Below are positions 1-15,167 of a DNA stretch of 64,000 nt, in pieces. The position numbers and the translations under genes are program-made. Source of the stretch: the human T2T-CHM13v2.0 reference genome, Homo sapiens. The stretch is from assembly GCF_009914755.1 (NCBI RefSeq), contig NC_060926.1. One strand, given 5' to 3'. Position 1 is the first letter of the stretch. The number at the start of each line of letters is the position of its first letter. Under the pieces are notes generated by a model that saw only the letters and a program-made list of their open reading frames with translations, was not told the DNA's origin and ran no database searches.

Positions 1-961
1 AAGCTTTAATGTAAGAATAAACACTGTGTTATAGAGGCTCTTATCTTTCCATCAGTTTCAACTTCTCTCTCCTAATGGCTTCCCAACAATGTCTTGGTTA
101 TTTCCTCTAAGAACACTAACTTTGCATAAGCATATATATTCCTAGCTAGAGTAGACTGGTTTCATGTTTGTTTTGATGGCACTGTTATGATCAGGCATCA
201 GAAGCTTCTCCTCAGCCTTTTACTTCTTCCAGCAACAGTCCTTCTCTCTCTTTTTGCTCATGGCCAACTTTCTAAGAAAAACAACCAAATAAAAATACAT
301 TGCTTCTTTCTCTTCTTCACCCACTCTTCATAACCTCTTACAATCTGAGTTCTTTGGATAAATATTTTTTTCAAAGATGCTTCCACTACCTTCCACTACC
401 TTTTCTCAGATCTTCTCTTTTATAATAGTTGTCTACATCATTCACGATCTATCCCATGTTATTAAAAATTGCTGTGTTTTGGAGCATCTTCTATGTGGTT
501 CTTTGTTGATGTACACCATTTCAAAATGCCAAAATAACCCTTTGTTATCCTACTCCCCTTTCACAGATAAATCACATTAAAAGAAATTATGCAATTTGCC
601 AAAACTGCTGGACTTACGTTTGGAATAGAAATGTCTAATTCCAGATCTCTGACTCTCTCCACTATTCCACTGTGTCTAGACAGTGATACTGTGTAGTCCA
701 CAGTAATTTTATTACAACTACTAGAAGAAAGAGCTCAGCCAGGTCAAAACTACGAAAAGCTTTGTATATAGCAGAACAGATGGTGAGGTTTGCCCGTTCT
801 CCCTTGGAGAAGGGACCCATCTGTCTATCTGGCTTGACAGCCTTCAGGAGCCCCACCTGACATGGACATTCAGTAGGGATTTCCCTAGTCTGCCTGGAAA
901 ATAAAATCTATTTGGATTGCTCCTCAGGTGCCTATGGGGAACGTGGGAAAATTCCTAGGAC

Positions 962-1243
962 TTTTTTTTTTTTTTTTTTTTTTTTTTGACCCAGTCTCGC
1001 TCTGTTACCCAGGCTGGATTACTGTGGCACGATCACAGTGCGGTATAACCTCTGCTCCTGGACTCAAGCAATCCTCCTGAGTAGCTGGGACAACAGGCAC
1101 ACGCCACCATCCAGTTAATATTTTTGTATTTTTTGTAGGGATGGGGTTTCACCAGGCTGATCTCTAACTCCTGGGCTCAAGCTATCTGCCTGCCTCAGCA
1201 CTCCCAAAGTGCTAGGATTTCAGGAACGAGTCACCGTGCCCGG
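962..1243 (-). mobile_element. Alu (old, degenerate, AluJ-like)
   Basis: Poly-T followed by antisense Alu body ending cccaaagtgctaggatt...gtgcccgg. Confidence 0.9.
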
Positions 1244-1957
1244 TGGGACATGCTTCTTAATGAACAAAGTCATATGGAGGGTCTTGTCTTGAGGAGGGAA
1301 ATGGCTCTGTCTTAGGCTTTAGTTGGGTCTCTGTTATAGCTAGCTCAGAAGAGACTGACCCTCTAGCCATATCACAATACCCCAAACCTTTGAATGATGT
1401 GTCAGCAGGGATACAGTCTCTCTTATCTACTACTACAGCAGCCTGAGGATCTACTTTCAAGGTTCTATCTCACCCTCTCCAGCCATAAGGCCCCCTCTCA
1501 AGCTGTTTCCTCTTGTGTTAACTGTCATTCAGCTAGTGCCCTACCCTGGGATACATTCCTTTCCTCTGATCTCTTCTCTTCCCTGTCTTATCTTCATACC
1601 TTCATTCTCTAAAGTGGGTGCATCTCAATGTCCTGATGGTTCTGGTTTTCTCCCACGTCTCCTCATTAAACTTCCCAGAATGAGCATGGCATATCCAAAT
1701 GTTCAACACCTCCTCCATGTGAATGGCTCCTCATCTCTCTTCTGAGAACCTGTTCTGCATTCCTCTTTAACTGCATGTTTCTGAAGCACTGCAAAAATAG
1801 GTTTTCTTGTTTGCTGCTCGGCAGCCAACACACATTCAGAATGCTGCTCAGTGTTCAATAAATGTTTGTTAAGCAAATAAATGAGTGAGTCTAAAAAAAT
1901 GATTTGAGTCTCCCCCTGTCTGTCTTCATTACCTTTTCTGATAAAATGCCCATTCCC

Positions 1958-2254
<297 letters not shown>

Positions 2255-2635
2255 ATCCCAAAAGCCTCAATACCTCTACCCGGTGAATTTACAGAACAAA
2301 TAAATGAATGAGTCCAAATCAAAACTAAATTTTGCCTGCCCTTATCCAGTACTCTTCCTGCCACTGCACTGACATCACAGCACAGAGGAGGGAAACAGCC
2401 CTTAGAATCACATTGATTTAGTTTGCATCTTTGTTCAGTCTCTTAACAGGATGCAGCCTTGGAAAAGTTACTTAGCTTCCTTGAGCCTCCTCTATAAAAA
2501 ATTAAAAAAATAAAAAATAAAATAAAATAAACTTTTTTAAATCAGAAATAATTACTCTTCAAGTTTAAAGACTAAATAGCATGGGTAAAATGCCCCAAAG
2601 CCATTTATACACATACTTATAAGCTGTAATCCTAA

Positions 2636-3170
<535 letters not shown>

Positions 3171-3199
3171 AACTCTCCTATTTCTTTTAAAGATACATC

Positions 3200-3315
3200 A
3201 ACTACCTCATTTAACACTCACAAAAACCGTATCTGTAGATACTTTTATGTCTCCACCTTACAGATGAGGAATCAGAGGGACTGAGAAAATGACTTATTTG
3301 CCCAAGGTCACACCA
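3200..3315 (-). mobile_element. MIR fragment
   Basis: MIR core-like ttacagatgagga...cccaaggtcacac. Confidence 0.65.
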
Positions 3316-4409
3316 AAATAAAATCCTAGGCAGTATTACTACAGAGTTCATGTAAGAAATATTCTTAGATTGCAAGCTCACTAAGAAAGCCTTATAAAAA
3401 TTCAGCCCTTACAAAAATGGGCAAGCCACACCGCTCCAAATAAACTGTGCCTTTAGAAGGTGGTCACTACTTACTGAAGTAATAAAGAAATATGTTTACC
3501 TGTTGAAATCTGACTTCTCGGTTCAATGCTCAACTATTTTAGAAGAAAATTTGTACCTCTAACAATGCCAAATGCAGAATAAATATTCTTGCCTTGAAAA
3601 TTATGATATAATAAAGAAAACATACTTGGGAATGTTTTTCCAAAGACATAATGAGTATTGCATGAAAGAGGACTTTTAAGTTAAAGTGAGAAACAGAAAT
3701 AATTCAAGGGAAACATGCTTTACTGAAAATTATATAAGTCAATATCCCAGAAACCAAGTAACAATTTATTCGTCAGAATAAGGAATACGTGATCAGGAAA
3801 TTTGTCTGGCTAATTGAAGTTGAAGAGGTTGCACTTGATGAAAAGGAAATCATCAGAAACGCCTGGATGTTTCCTATAAGAAGCTAAAATATGCATTATA
3901 ATTCCAGCTGTGGATAGAAATTTAATGCATTTTTACAAGGTACAAAGGGTGAATAATTGTTTTGTCAGTTGATGGGGTGGATTTTAGTTATTTTAATAAC
4001 TATAACCTAATTGAAGGAAAGCAGAATGGCATATCAGAAAATGGGGGATACAAAACCAAATGGTGGAAAGCAAATTGATTGCTTATATTAGAAATTAATT
4101 ATATATTAAACTACCCAGAGTTCTAGATAAAATTAGGAACAAAAATAATATTTTAGAAGAGATGTGTCTGACTAGCCAAAAGCAAGGAGAAATGCAGAAT
4201 GTCACTGAAAATCTAAAAATAAAAGCCTGAGGTAAACTGATTATTTCCTCAAAGAATAAGGATGCACATAATGTATCATAATTTCTTAATTAGAGTTCTA
4301 TGACAATTGTAGTTACATCCTTCCAGGGATAGATATATTATGACTTGCAAAGTTTGCTAATGGCTGAAAATAAACAAAAAAAAATAGAAAAATTTCTAGG
4401 TAAAAGTAG

Positions 4410-4796
<387 letters not shown>

Positions 4797-7700
4797 TGAC
4801 TTTACTTAGAAGTTTCTACAGAAATAACTAAAGAATGACATTTCTCCAAAACCAGTTGAAGAACTTTTTAGTTAGATGATGACAGACAAGAAAGTCAAGG
4901 TTAATTTGAGATATGCTGGTAGAATCCTAAGATCATTAAAGCTCTGGTATGAATAAGAAAAGAGAAAATGACATGAAGGATTCTGACATTTAGAAAACTA
5001 GCAATGGGAAAATGCCTTTCACATTCTAAGTTTATTTGTGAATTTAAAAAAAAATGAAAAAAGAAGTATTGGGTTATGTTGTAGATGCTTCTACCAATAT
5101 GGTTATTATTTTATTAAGTTGAAGATCTTAGTGAATTCATCAAGGATACCTGACTGATGAGACATCTTGGCAAAAAAAAAATAATAATAATTTGGAAGAA
5201 GTCACTTAATCTCACTGTGCCTTAATTTATTCACCTATTTAACTACAGGGTTTATTTCCCTAAACAGTATGATATATACTCTTTATATTTTTTCTAGTGT
5301 TAACATTTTAAGCTTATGGAAAAACATGACTACCTACGAGAAAAATAAAAGTAAATTAAATCAGTGTGTTGTGAAGATCCCATGTGTTTCAGCATTCATC
5401 AGACTGAAGGCAGTCTCCAAAACATCCAAACAGGGTTTTTGAGAATTTAACTCTTGGATCTGTTCTTCAAGTAGTATAATACGTGGTTTGACATGCATGC
5501 TAGACACCTGTTTTTCAGGATGGTACCAAAACAACAGAAATTCTGATGAATTATGTCATTCGAGTTATCACAATTGATTATTCAAATAACTCTCAGTAAT
5601 TATGATCTTGACTTCTACAATGTAATTATAAGAAAGTCAGTTGTTCAAAGATATCCAAAATGTTCACCCTTGGCAAGCGATGGATGGGAAGAGTGGTGAC
5701 AAGAATCTGAAATTTGAAATTAACCTGATGTATTTGTAAGTTTTTCCTAACAATGTTGCCGTCCATTAAGGACTGTTTTTAGTGGACTTTCTTAAGCTTG
5801 TATAGAGTTGACCTGAAGGATTTAAAAACCATTTCAGTTTATTCAGTGTTTGCCATGTATGCCATACACATCATACACTGGAGTACATTTAAATATCATT
5901 AAAATGTACCACTGCATAAGACAGGTCTGCTCCTTCCTTGTTCTAAGGTAATTCTGTTTCATGGGTTAGTCAGACACAAACCGGTGTTATCAAACAGAAC
6001 TGTCACGTATTTGATCTGCAATGTTCACCGGTTACATGGAGCTAAGAAATATACAGAAGCTAATAGAGTTATAAAGAGTCTGGACCAAGAATCATAAGAC
6101 CCAGTTATGAGTTGTTAAAAGTGAGGGTGAAACATGTCCCTTCAGTTTTCTCATTTTAAATAAGACTAAATGATCTCATCTTTTTTATTTTCTTTAAAAT
6201 TTTAAGGCCTTATGCAAAAGGCTGAAAATCTAAATGGCTAAGATTTAATGGAATCCATAGGATTTCAATGAGATTTGGAAAATTCATCAACTATGTGGCA
6301 CAGAAAATACAGACAGCACACATGTACTATATTCTGTATGGGATATCAGGACCAAAACAAAACAAAAAAAATCACCATCCAGGTTGATAAATGGAAAAAA
6401 GAGGGTAGAGATCTCTTCCTGATACATCCTCAGAGAAGATTTTGGCCTCCCTAAAAATTCCACTGAAAGTTAGGTGTCTCTAATGTTCATTTTTCTTTTT
6501 TTTTTCTCTCAAGCTTCATAGAGATCCTCTATATTTAAGTTTCAGTTTTGTTTATCTTTAAAGATCTCTTCACTGTTCAGAATTTCTTTTCCAGAATCAA
6601 CAATCACTTTCCAAAAATTGCTCTTATTTTTAAATTTTGTACATTATTTTTTCCATCAAGAAAGATGATTATCAAAAGGAAGTTTCCTTCCTTCCTTCCT
6701 TCCTTTTTCTCTCCCTTTCTGCCCCCTTTGCTCCCTTCTTCCCTTCCTTTCTTTTAAAATTACTGATGGCTCAGATACACTTTCTATTCTTCATAGAATA
6801 AAAGGGAACATGTATTCTGGCAAAAAAGGAAACAGACTTTACTGACCCAGAAAAGAAAGCATGTTTTGAATCTCATCCATCTCTTCCACTGGCATTTTAA
6901 TGTCCTCCCATAATTACACACTGCTTGCTTAGCATGTGTGATCATAGGACCAACTACAGGGATGGCTTCTCACTCTTTGATTTATATTCTTTAATGGACT
7001 CCAGCCCTGGGGCCAGCAGAGCTAGAACAGAAGACGCAGTCTGCCCCTGATATTTCCTGGTCTTTGCCAAGAGTTTGCAGTCAAAAACTCTCCTAGAAAT
7101 CATTTCCTAGAGATAATCATTCTTAACATCTATCCTCTGGAAGAGATCTCTCACCTGTTCACAAGCACCATACCTCTCAGAGAATCAAACAATTATTTAA
7201 AAATGGACTATGAGGCAACTGCACACAGAGCTTATCCATCTACCTTTGCTAGAATACAGAGAGGCATGGAGCAGTGGAAGCATATCCAGTATTTTGAATT
7301 TTTAAAAACATCATGTGTTTTGATCATATACCCTATGACTGGACTATGGGACCAGCTTCAGGTTTAAAGCAGTGAAGCTGTTTGATGGAAACCTGTAAAA
7401 CTTAATGAGAATGCTGAGCTCTAGCATCAAAGCCGTTGGCTGGCTCAGAAAGGCTGTGGGGACGTGGGCAGAGGCAGACTTTTACATCTTGTGCTGCTTC
7501 TTGATAATCTGATTCTTGGATGCTTTGCCCAACTTTACTTAAAAGGGGAAAAAGAAAGAAAGAAAAACTAAGCAGGCAGATAGGAATCTCTTTCAACACA
7601 CTTTTTTCTTAAATTTGAAGAGGATTTGGTTTGTTAGTTTGCTTTTGATCAAGGAGATGGTAGTGGTAGAAAATTCTTGTCTCTCTTACCTTTTTGGAAT

Positions 7701-9519
7701 AACTAAGGTCACTTAGTGTGATATGCTGGGACCCCTTTGGCTAGATGACTTTTCAGTAAGAACTTTAAGAAATTTATATAAAAATGTTTTCTGTGTTTGC
7801 AACCACAGAACTTAAATATTATTGTAGAGAGGGACCTTAAGGTACACAGAGATTAATGCTTTCACTTGAAAGATGAAAACCCTAGTGCTCATAGAAGTTG
7901 AATAAAATGCATTGCGTTGCACTCCACATAGACTGGTCAACCTTGATCACTGGGTAGTCTAAACGATTAAAGACTGCATCTCATGAAGCCAGTTTTGTTA
8001 GTTCCTTCATGCTTCCGACCACTCAAGCTCCCCACTCCTTTTCACTTTAATCTGAAGCATATCTGGTTTGATTGCTTTGTTTGGGCAGAAATATGTAAAT
8101 TTTGCTTGTGTTTGTATTTTGTATTCTTCTTTCTCCAAAACTGTAAAAAGTCATCTTAATTCTACCTTTGAAGAATCTCTACACTGTATCTCCCACTGGA
8201 TCTGTTTCAGTATATTTACATGGAGGCTTAGGCTCTTTTGATCATTTATTCCTATAAAATGCTGATTCTATGCAGAGTTTTCTAGAAATACCCATGGCAG
8301 TGAATAATAAACAGCAGCCTTGATTAGGGTGAAGTTGTTTCCCTTGCATCATTTGCTTCTGTATCACCTTATATTTCTGTTAAAAATGCGGGTCTACTGT
8401 TGAATCAGAAGCAAGGGGGACATGAAGCTGCAGTTTAATAAGCTCTCAGATGATGCTTATGCACAAAACTCTGAACCACTGACCTACAGGGTAAAACCCA
8501 ATTCCTTTCCTGCAGCAGTCACATCCTGTCATTACTTTATCCATTTCAACATCATTTATCCAAACTTTTATCCAGCACAATTATTGACCTCTTTTCCCCA
8601 TGCATCTTTTCTCCAGACACACTAATTCCAGATATACCCTAAACACATCATTTATTATTTTACACCTGCACCTTTTCTCCAACTTTTCCTGTCTCGACTC
8701 TTATCTCTATTTTTGTTTACTTGGTGACATACTACTTTTCGTTCAGTGCCATACTACTTTTCTCAAATGTTACCTCCTTGGGAAAGCCTTTTCCTAAATA
8801 TTTCTCAGTCACCATCCCTATACTGCGTTGCAATAGAATGTAGCATAAATCTCTATTATAGAACCTGTTTCATTTGAATGTAATTACAATGAATCTACAC
8901 AAAGGTTATAGAATACCTACTATGCCCCAAATTATACCATTAAAGAAATAAAAGTCACAATCTCTACCATCACAAAAATTACTATCCAGCTTTTTTCAAC
9001 CCAAATCCTCATCTGAAACAGAGAAAACAGAAAGGTATTTGAGTATTTCCTCAATTCTCCCAAGGAGGATACATAACTAGCACCATTACATACAACAGAT
9101 GTCTTAGGGCTTTAGGGTTTCATCTACTTGGGAAACCCCAGTTGATCAAATACTGGTAAAATTACATTACAGTAGCAATAAATGCTATGATAGAGATAAT
9201 TCAAAGGTGAGATGAAAAAGCAGAAATATCTAATTGAGTATGTGTTTATCTCTCCTCAACCATGTCTTAATCCTGTTTCTATGCTTATTTAGCATCTAGA
9301 TCAGTGCCAATTATGTTGTGGTCATTGAATACATTTTATTATTGAATTAAAGGCATTGTAATTCATTTTTATTAGTGTGACTCTTTGGAATCTGGCCGAG
9401 GCAATGTGAATTATCCATATTTGTAAATGCAGCATCTAGTCAGTGCTTAAGATACTGTTGGCACTCAGTGAGGGCTTGTAGAATAAATGAACACATTTGG
9501 AGGAGTTGCCCTATTCTCC

Positions 9520-10706
9520 AGTAGAAACTCAATAGCAATGACAACAATAACCCAATTAAAAATGGGCTACGGACTTGAATAAACATTTCTTCAAAGAAGA
9601 AATACAAATGGCCAACAGGTATGTAAAAAGATACCCAACGTCAGTAATCACCAGAGAAATGCAAATTAAAACTACAGTGAGATATCACCTCATGCCTGTT
9701 AGGCTGGCTATTATTAAAAAAGACAAAAAAGAAAAAAACAACAACTGTTGGAGAGGATGTGGATAAACTGGAAGCTGTGTACACTGTTAGTGAACATGCA
9801 AAATGGTGCAGCTGCTCTAGAAAACAGTATGGAAGTTCCTCAAGAAAATAAAAATAGAATTATTATATCATGCAGCAATCCCACTTCTGAATATTCAGCC
9901 AAAAAAAAATGAAGTCAGAATTTTTAAGAGATATTTGTACTCCTATGATCACTGTAGTAGTCTTCACAATAGCCAGGATGAGCACACAACCTAAATATCC
10001 ATTGATGGATGACTGGATTTTTTAAAATGTGGTATATACATACAAGGGAAAATTATTCCGCCTTAAAAAAGAGAATCAGCCAGGAGCCTGTAATCCTAGC
10101 ACTTTGGGAGGCCAAGGCAGGCAGATCGCTTGAAGTCAGGAGTTCAAGACCAGCCTGGTCAACATGGTGAAACCCCATCTCTACCAAAAAATACAAAAAT
10201 TAGCCAGGCATGGTGGCATAGGCCTATAATCCCAGCTACCTGGCAGGCTGAGGCAGAAGAATGGTTGAACCCGGGAGGTGGAGGGTGCAGTGAGCTAAGA
10301 TTACGCCACTGCACTCCTGCCTGGCCAACAGAGTGAGACTCTGTTTCAGAAAAAAAAAAAAAAAAAAAAAAGAAGGAAATCCTGCAATATATGTCAACAA
10401 GAATGAGCCTGAGGACATTATGCCAAGTGAATAAGCCAGTCACAGAAAGATAAATACTGCATGATTCCACTTACAAGAAATATCTAAAACAGTCTATGTC
10501 ATAGAAGCAAAGAATAGAATTGTGGTTGCCAGGGCCTGGGGCAAGGGAGAAATGGGGAGTTGCCAATCAATAATTATAAAATTTCATTATGCAAGAAGAA
10601 TAAATTCTAGAGATCTGCTGTATAACATTGTGCCTCTACATAACAATACTATATTGCACATTTACATATTTGCTAAGTGGGTAGATCCTATGTGAGCTGC
10701 TCATAC

Positions 10707-10737
<31 letters not shown>

Positions 10738-10740
10738 TAA
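9520..10740 (+). mobile_element. L1 (L1MA-like) ORF2 end / 3' UTR, interrupted by an Alu
   Basis: ORF 9575..9766 resembles the L1 ORF2 C-terminus ([13 protein letters not shown]...CWRGCG); the 3' end has an (AAT)n tail. Confidence 0.85.
10078..10371 (+). mobile_element. Alu (AluS-like) nested in L1
   Basis: Alu body with A tail. Confidence 0.93.
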
Positions 10741-12394
10741 AACTTCTTTCATATATTAGAATATATTCATTTGGCTAGATGACATAGTTATCTTTTCCCA
10801 AGCCACCCATCAATTTTACAGTCAGTTCTTCCCTCTCAGTAAGATTGAAAATTAAAGAATAATAAAGTTTTAGAATTGAAAAAAGTGATAGTTTTAATTT
10901 GAGGATCAGAAGTAATACTTAAAGAAAAACTACTAGGAATGCAAAATTCTTCCTTTGTGGTTAATCTACATTTATAACTATTCCACTTGACATTTAATTG
11001 CTTCGCGTGTTATGTGTATTTCAAAGACAAAAAGAAAGAGTTTATTAAGACTGCAAATGAAGTGAAAAAATGCTGCATTTTTCTGGGTGGACAGTAGGGG
11101 TGGTGGTGGTATTTTCAGTGTTATTGTCATCTAACGAAGCCTAATTTAGTTTGAATATATATTTTGGAACAAATAGCCTCCAAACACAAATTCAGTTTAG
11201 GGGAAGATAGTGTGAAAAGGGATAAAATGCCATAAAATTCTGATGTCCTAAAGAAAATGTGAGAGTCTGGGACACCTCCTTGTTCTCTGCAAAGCCTGCC
11301 GCCAGCTCACTTCAGACAAAGTTGTCTTTTTATAAACATGATGTAAGCATACACTCACAAGCTCTCTGGAAATAATGATGTTTCTACTTGTGTCAGTTAA
11401 AGGCATCCCTTTGTTCATCTAATCACCAAGAAAATTTCAAGGCAGGTGTGCTTCAGTTTAGAGAGGTGCCGTACTTCATGGGTGCCTCTAAGGGACTCTT
11501 TACAAAATTCATGCTGCAGAAGCAGCATTCCCCTAAATGGTTGCTTAAGACTGCAAATCCCCAACTGTCCAATTTATATCCAAGGAAGAGTTTACTTTCT
11601 TTAGGGCATAAGCCATTATATTACAAAGTCATTAAAATGGAAATAAATACATAAGTTAGCAAATTGTGGTAAGGTAAAATAATCTTATATAAACCATGGC
11701 CTAAAAATAAAGAATATATACAGAATTCAGCATGAGGATATTACCATACAGAAATGATAATTAACCAAAGTAAACCTGCACACAGTGATTTTCTGCATTT
11801 TGGCAAGTGAAAAATTTTTGCTATGAAAGCAGGACTCTAAAAATCAAAAAAAAAAAAAAAGTAAAGGAGACCTAGTTTTGAATTGATATTAAAACACACA
11901 GGCATTTTACTTTAATGGTCATGGGCTTAGGTCCAACTATTTCAGAATCCAAAGCTTATTACTTAGATAGTCAACGCACATCATTCCAAGACTGCAGCTG
12001 CTCCTAATTTGGATTGTTAGGGGATTATCCCTATAAGAGTCCTCATGGCTCATCTGCCCTCAGTGTAATCAGATGAGAAGATCCTGACTTCCATCTCCAG
12101 AAAGAAGGCCAAGCCCACCTGGGGCCTGGGGGTAAATGAGAAGCCCACATGGGTAAATGAGAGCTTCTGTGGGATCTTGACACCGAGATGCTGAGACTCC
12201 AACTGTAAGCCTCAGAGTCACTACTGAGCTACAAATCAGCAGTTTTACATTTATTATTTCTAAAATCTGGATTTGAGTTGCAATCAAGGTATATCCTGAT
12301 TTAGATTAATTGGCAGTGTTTCGTGATCCATAAAATAATTGTGCACCAATACTGCCAATGATGACAATATAATATGGTGGTTGACGTACTCTAG

Positions 12395-12560
12395 CTCAGT
12401 GATTTTCAAACTTTAATATGTATATTAAATCACTTGGGGATCTTACTAAAATGTAGACTCTTTCAGTAGATCATGGGAAGGGGCATGAGTCTTTTCATCT
12501 TTAACAAGCTCTTAGGTGATGCACATGCTGCTGGTTCACATCCACAGCTTGTTTAGTAAA
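12395..12560. mobile_element. MER5-like hAT-Charlie DNA transposon remnant
   Basis: Typical ttctcaaactt...aatcacttgggga...ttaacaagctc..ggtgat..atgctgctggt pattern. Confidence 0.7.
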
Positions 12561-13341
12561 TCTCTAGGTATGCTATGAGTTGTTCATGGGCTTTATTTCC
12601 TTTTAAACTACCTAAAAACTACAGCTTTTAGTTGCATGTCCTTGTTTAGTTGCATGTTCCTATATCTTCTATGTAGCTTTATATGCACATATTGTTAAAC
12701 AGATAATAAACCAAATAATTATTAAATAATAACTAAAGGTAATGTTAATGAAAGATTGGTTTCAATCCTTGATGATCACACCTTATAGCCTGGATACCTT
12801 GGGGAAGAAAATGTTACTGAATAAGGTCAATTTACTCTTTCAAACAAACATTTCAGACGCTCATATGAGACTCTGCTTGGTTTACAGGTAGTGAACACAG
12901 GCAGGGAAGACTAATTGCTTCTGAAAAATAATGCGAAATGAAATCTGATGATGACAATGATAACATTCTTAAGAACTAAAATAATTACTTGTATTTGAAC
13001 TATAAAAATTAACTGACTATTCCCAATTCAGTTCCTTTACAAGGTACCCATATTTAAAAAAAAATCCAGTTTCTTATTTATCTCTACCAATTTTTGATAC
13101 ATTAGATAGTGGATGTCATCATTTAGGATAGCAAAATGGAAAGCACACTGGGCTTGGAGTCAATAAACAGAGGTTTCCTTCTGACTTTTTTCACATATTA
13201 GGGATATGGCTCTGATAATATTATGTATGATTTGTGGTCTCCAAGTTAATTCAATTTTCTCACAAAGCTCTTAGAACAATTAAATGAAACAACTTTTAAT
13301 ATGAGACAATGTGTGCAAAATCTCATAAATTCATCTGCAAC

Positions 13342-13517
13342 CAGGACAATTCACATATTTGTAGGGGTCAGTGTAAAATGAAAATGAGAAGCCCTCTGTT
13401 CAAAAGTTATTAAGAATTTCAAGATGACAAGAAGAAGATATTAAATGAAGAGCAGGGCCCTTCTATGTGTGGAGCCCCATGTGACTGCATAGGTTATAAG
13501 TCCATGAGAAGGCCCTG
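13342..13517 (-). mobile_element. MER45A-like hAT DNA transposon
   Basis: Resembles the MER45A consensus (aaaatgaaaatg...ttgttcaaa.ttattaagaatttcaaga...gggcccttct) with cagg/cctg ends. Confidence 0.75.
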
Positions 13518-13559
13518 TCTGCAAGATAATTGTAGCTAATCCTCACTATATTAATAGAG

Positions 13560-13770
13560 TATTAATAAAGTTTATACTTGATTGAGATATTACAATATAC
13601 CAGGCACTACTCTCAGAGCCTCAATTACATAGTCTCACTTAATCCTTTACAGGGGAAAGAAACTGAAGCACAGAAACATCAACTATCTTACCTCAGGTGA
13701 TACAACTACCAAGTTTAAGGGAGCCAAGATTGGAATCTGGGAGTGTCTGATTCTAAAGCCATTCATCTTA
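13560..13770 (-). mobile_element. MIR
   Basis: ccaggcact...aaactgaagcacaga...gagccaagattggaatc. Confidence 0.65.
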
Positions 13771-14742
13771 ACTAATTTAATGCAATGAGTTATCTATAAA
13801 AAGTTATTGTTATTCCTGTTTAATTCAAATTTAGAAACCTAGGCTCACAAAAATACGTCCATATTTCAAGGGCAATTCACTTACTATGACCTTGATTAAA
13901 TGACCTATGTCAACCTAATTGTCTTATATCCCTAGTACTCCACAGAGAGCCTGGTACATAGTCCATTGTCATGTACTATATATAAAACTAAACACTCAGT
14001 CACCAATTTTTCTGTGCACAGAATATTTACTCCACAAAGATAAAAATCTCATTTTCCTATTATTCAAAATCACATGCTTCGGAATAAGAGTATTATTTTC
14101 ATTTAAAAGCAATTAATTTGTTTTAAATGTGTTTCAAGAGTGATGATTTTCCTGGGGAAAAAAAGACACCAATTAACATGCACAGAAATAATTTCCTTCC
14201 AAACATAAGGACTTTGATCCAAAGATCTAAAGACAAGAGTATATCATCTCATAATAGAAATTAAGAGGAACTCCAAAATACTCATTTTGTTTTGGATGAA
14301 CTTCAGATTTTTAAAAAATATGGCTCAAACTTAGTTAAGTAACAAACTTAAATTTATATGAAGGTGTTTTTCTTTTTCTTAGCAATGTGTTTTCTGATCC
14401 TTCATCTCATTTTATCTTTCCTATTCTTTTCCAATTGTGATAGTGGAACTAATTCACTGCGCTTCAGTCCCATACAATATCATGCCCAGTATACAACTGA
14501 GCAGAGAGACAAACGCAGATTACTTGATTACCTTGTCTTTGAAATTATTACTAATGTCCTCTGCAAAGCTAATTACAGCTTCCATTGTATTATTAGAGAA
14601 ATTTTTCATACCTCACTTAGGAAGCTTGTATTGTAAATCTATACTTATTTGCCCAACTCTCTCTCCAGATTCCCGAGTGCATTATCTTACTCATCTATGT
14701 GCCCCAGTGTCTAGCACAGAGCCTGGCACATACTATAAATAG

Positions 14743-14746
<4 letters not shown>

Positions 14747-14798
<52 letters not shown>
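14747..14798. repeat. (AT)n microsatellite
   Basis: About 26 uninterrupted AT units. Confidence 0.95.
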
Positions 14799-14800
<2 letters not shown>

Positions 14801-14926
14801 GTACAAAACAGAATAGCCAGATCACTTAGCCCATATACTATAGTCATTACTAGAACATAGCTTGTAATTATATTTATATATATATATATATGTATATATA
14901 TACACACACACATACATTTATATATA

Positions 14927-15167
14927 TTTTTTGAGACAGTCTCGCTTTGTCATCCACGCTGGAGTGTAATTGCACGATTTCGGCTCACTGCAACCTCTGC
15001 CTCCTAGGTTTAAGCAAGCACGTTTCACTAATTTTTTGTATTTTTAATAGAGATGGGATTTCACCATGTTGGCCAGGCTGGTCTTGAACTCCTGATTTCA
15101 AGTCATCTACCTGACTTGGCCTCCTGCAGTGCTGGGACTACAGGCATGAGCCACTCCACACCTGGCC
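14927..15167 (-). mobile_element. Alu with an internal deletion
   Basis: Antisense Alu lacking part of the right arm. Confidence 0.9.
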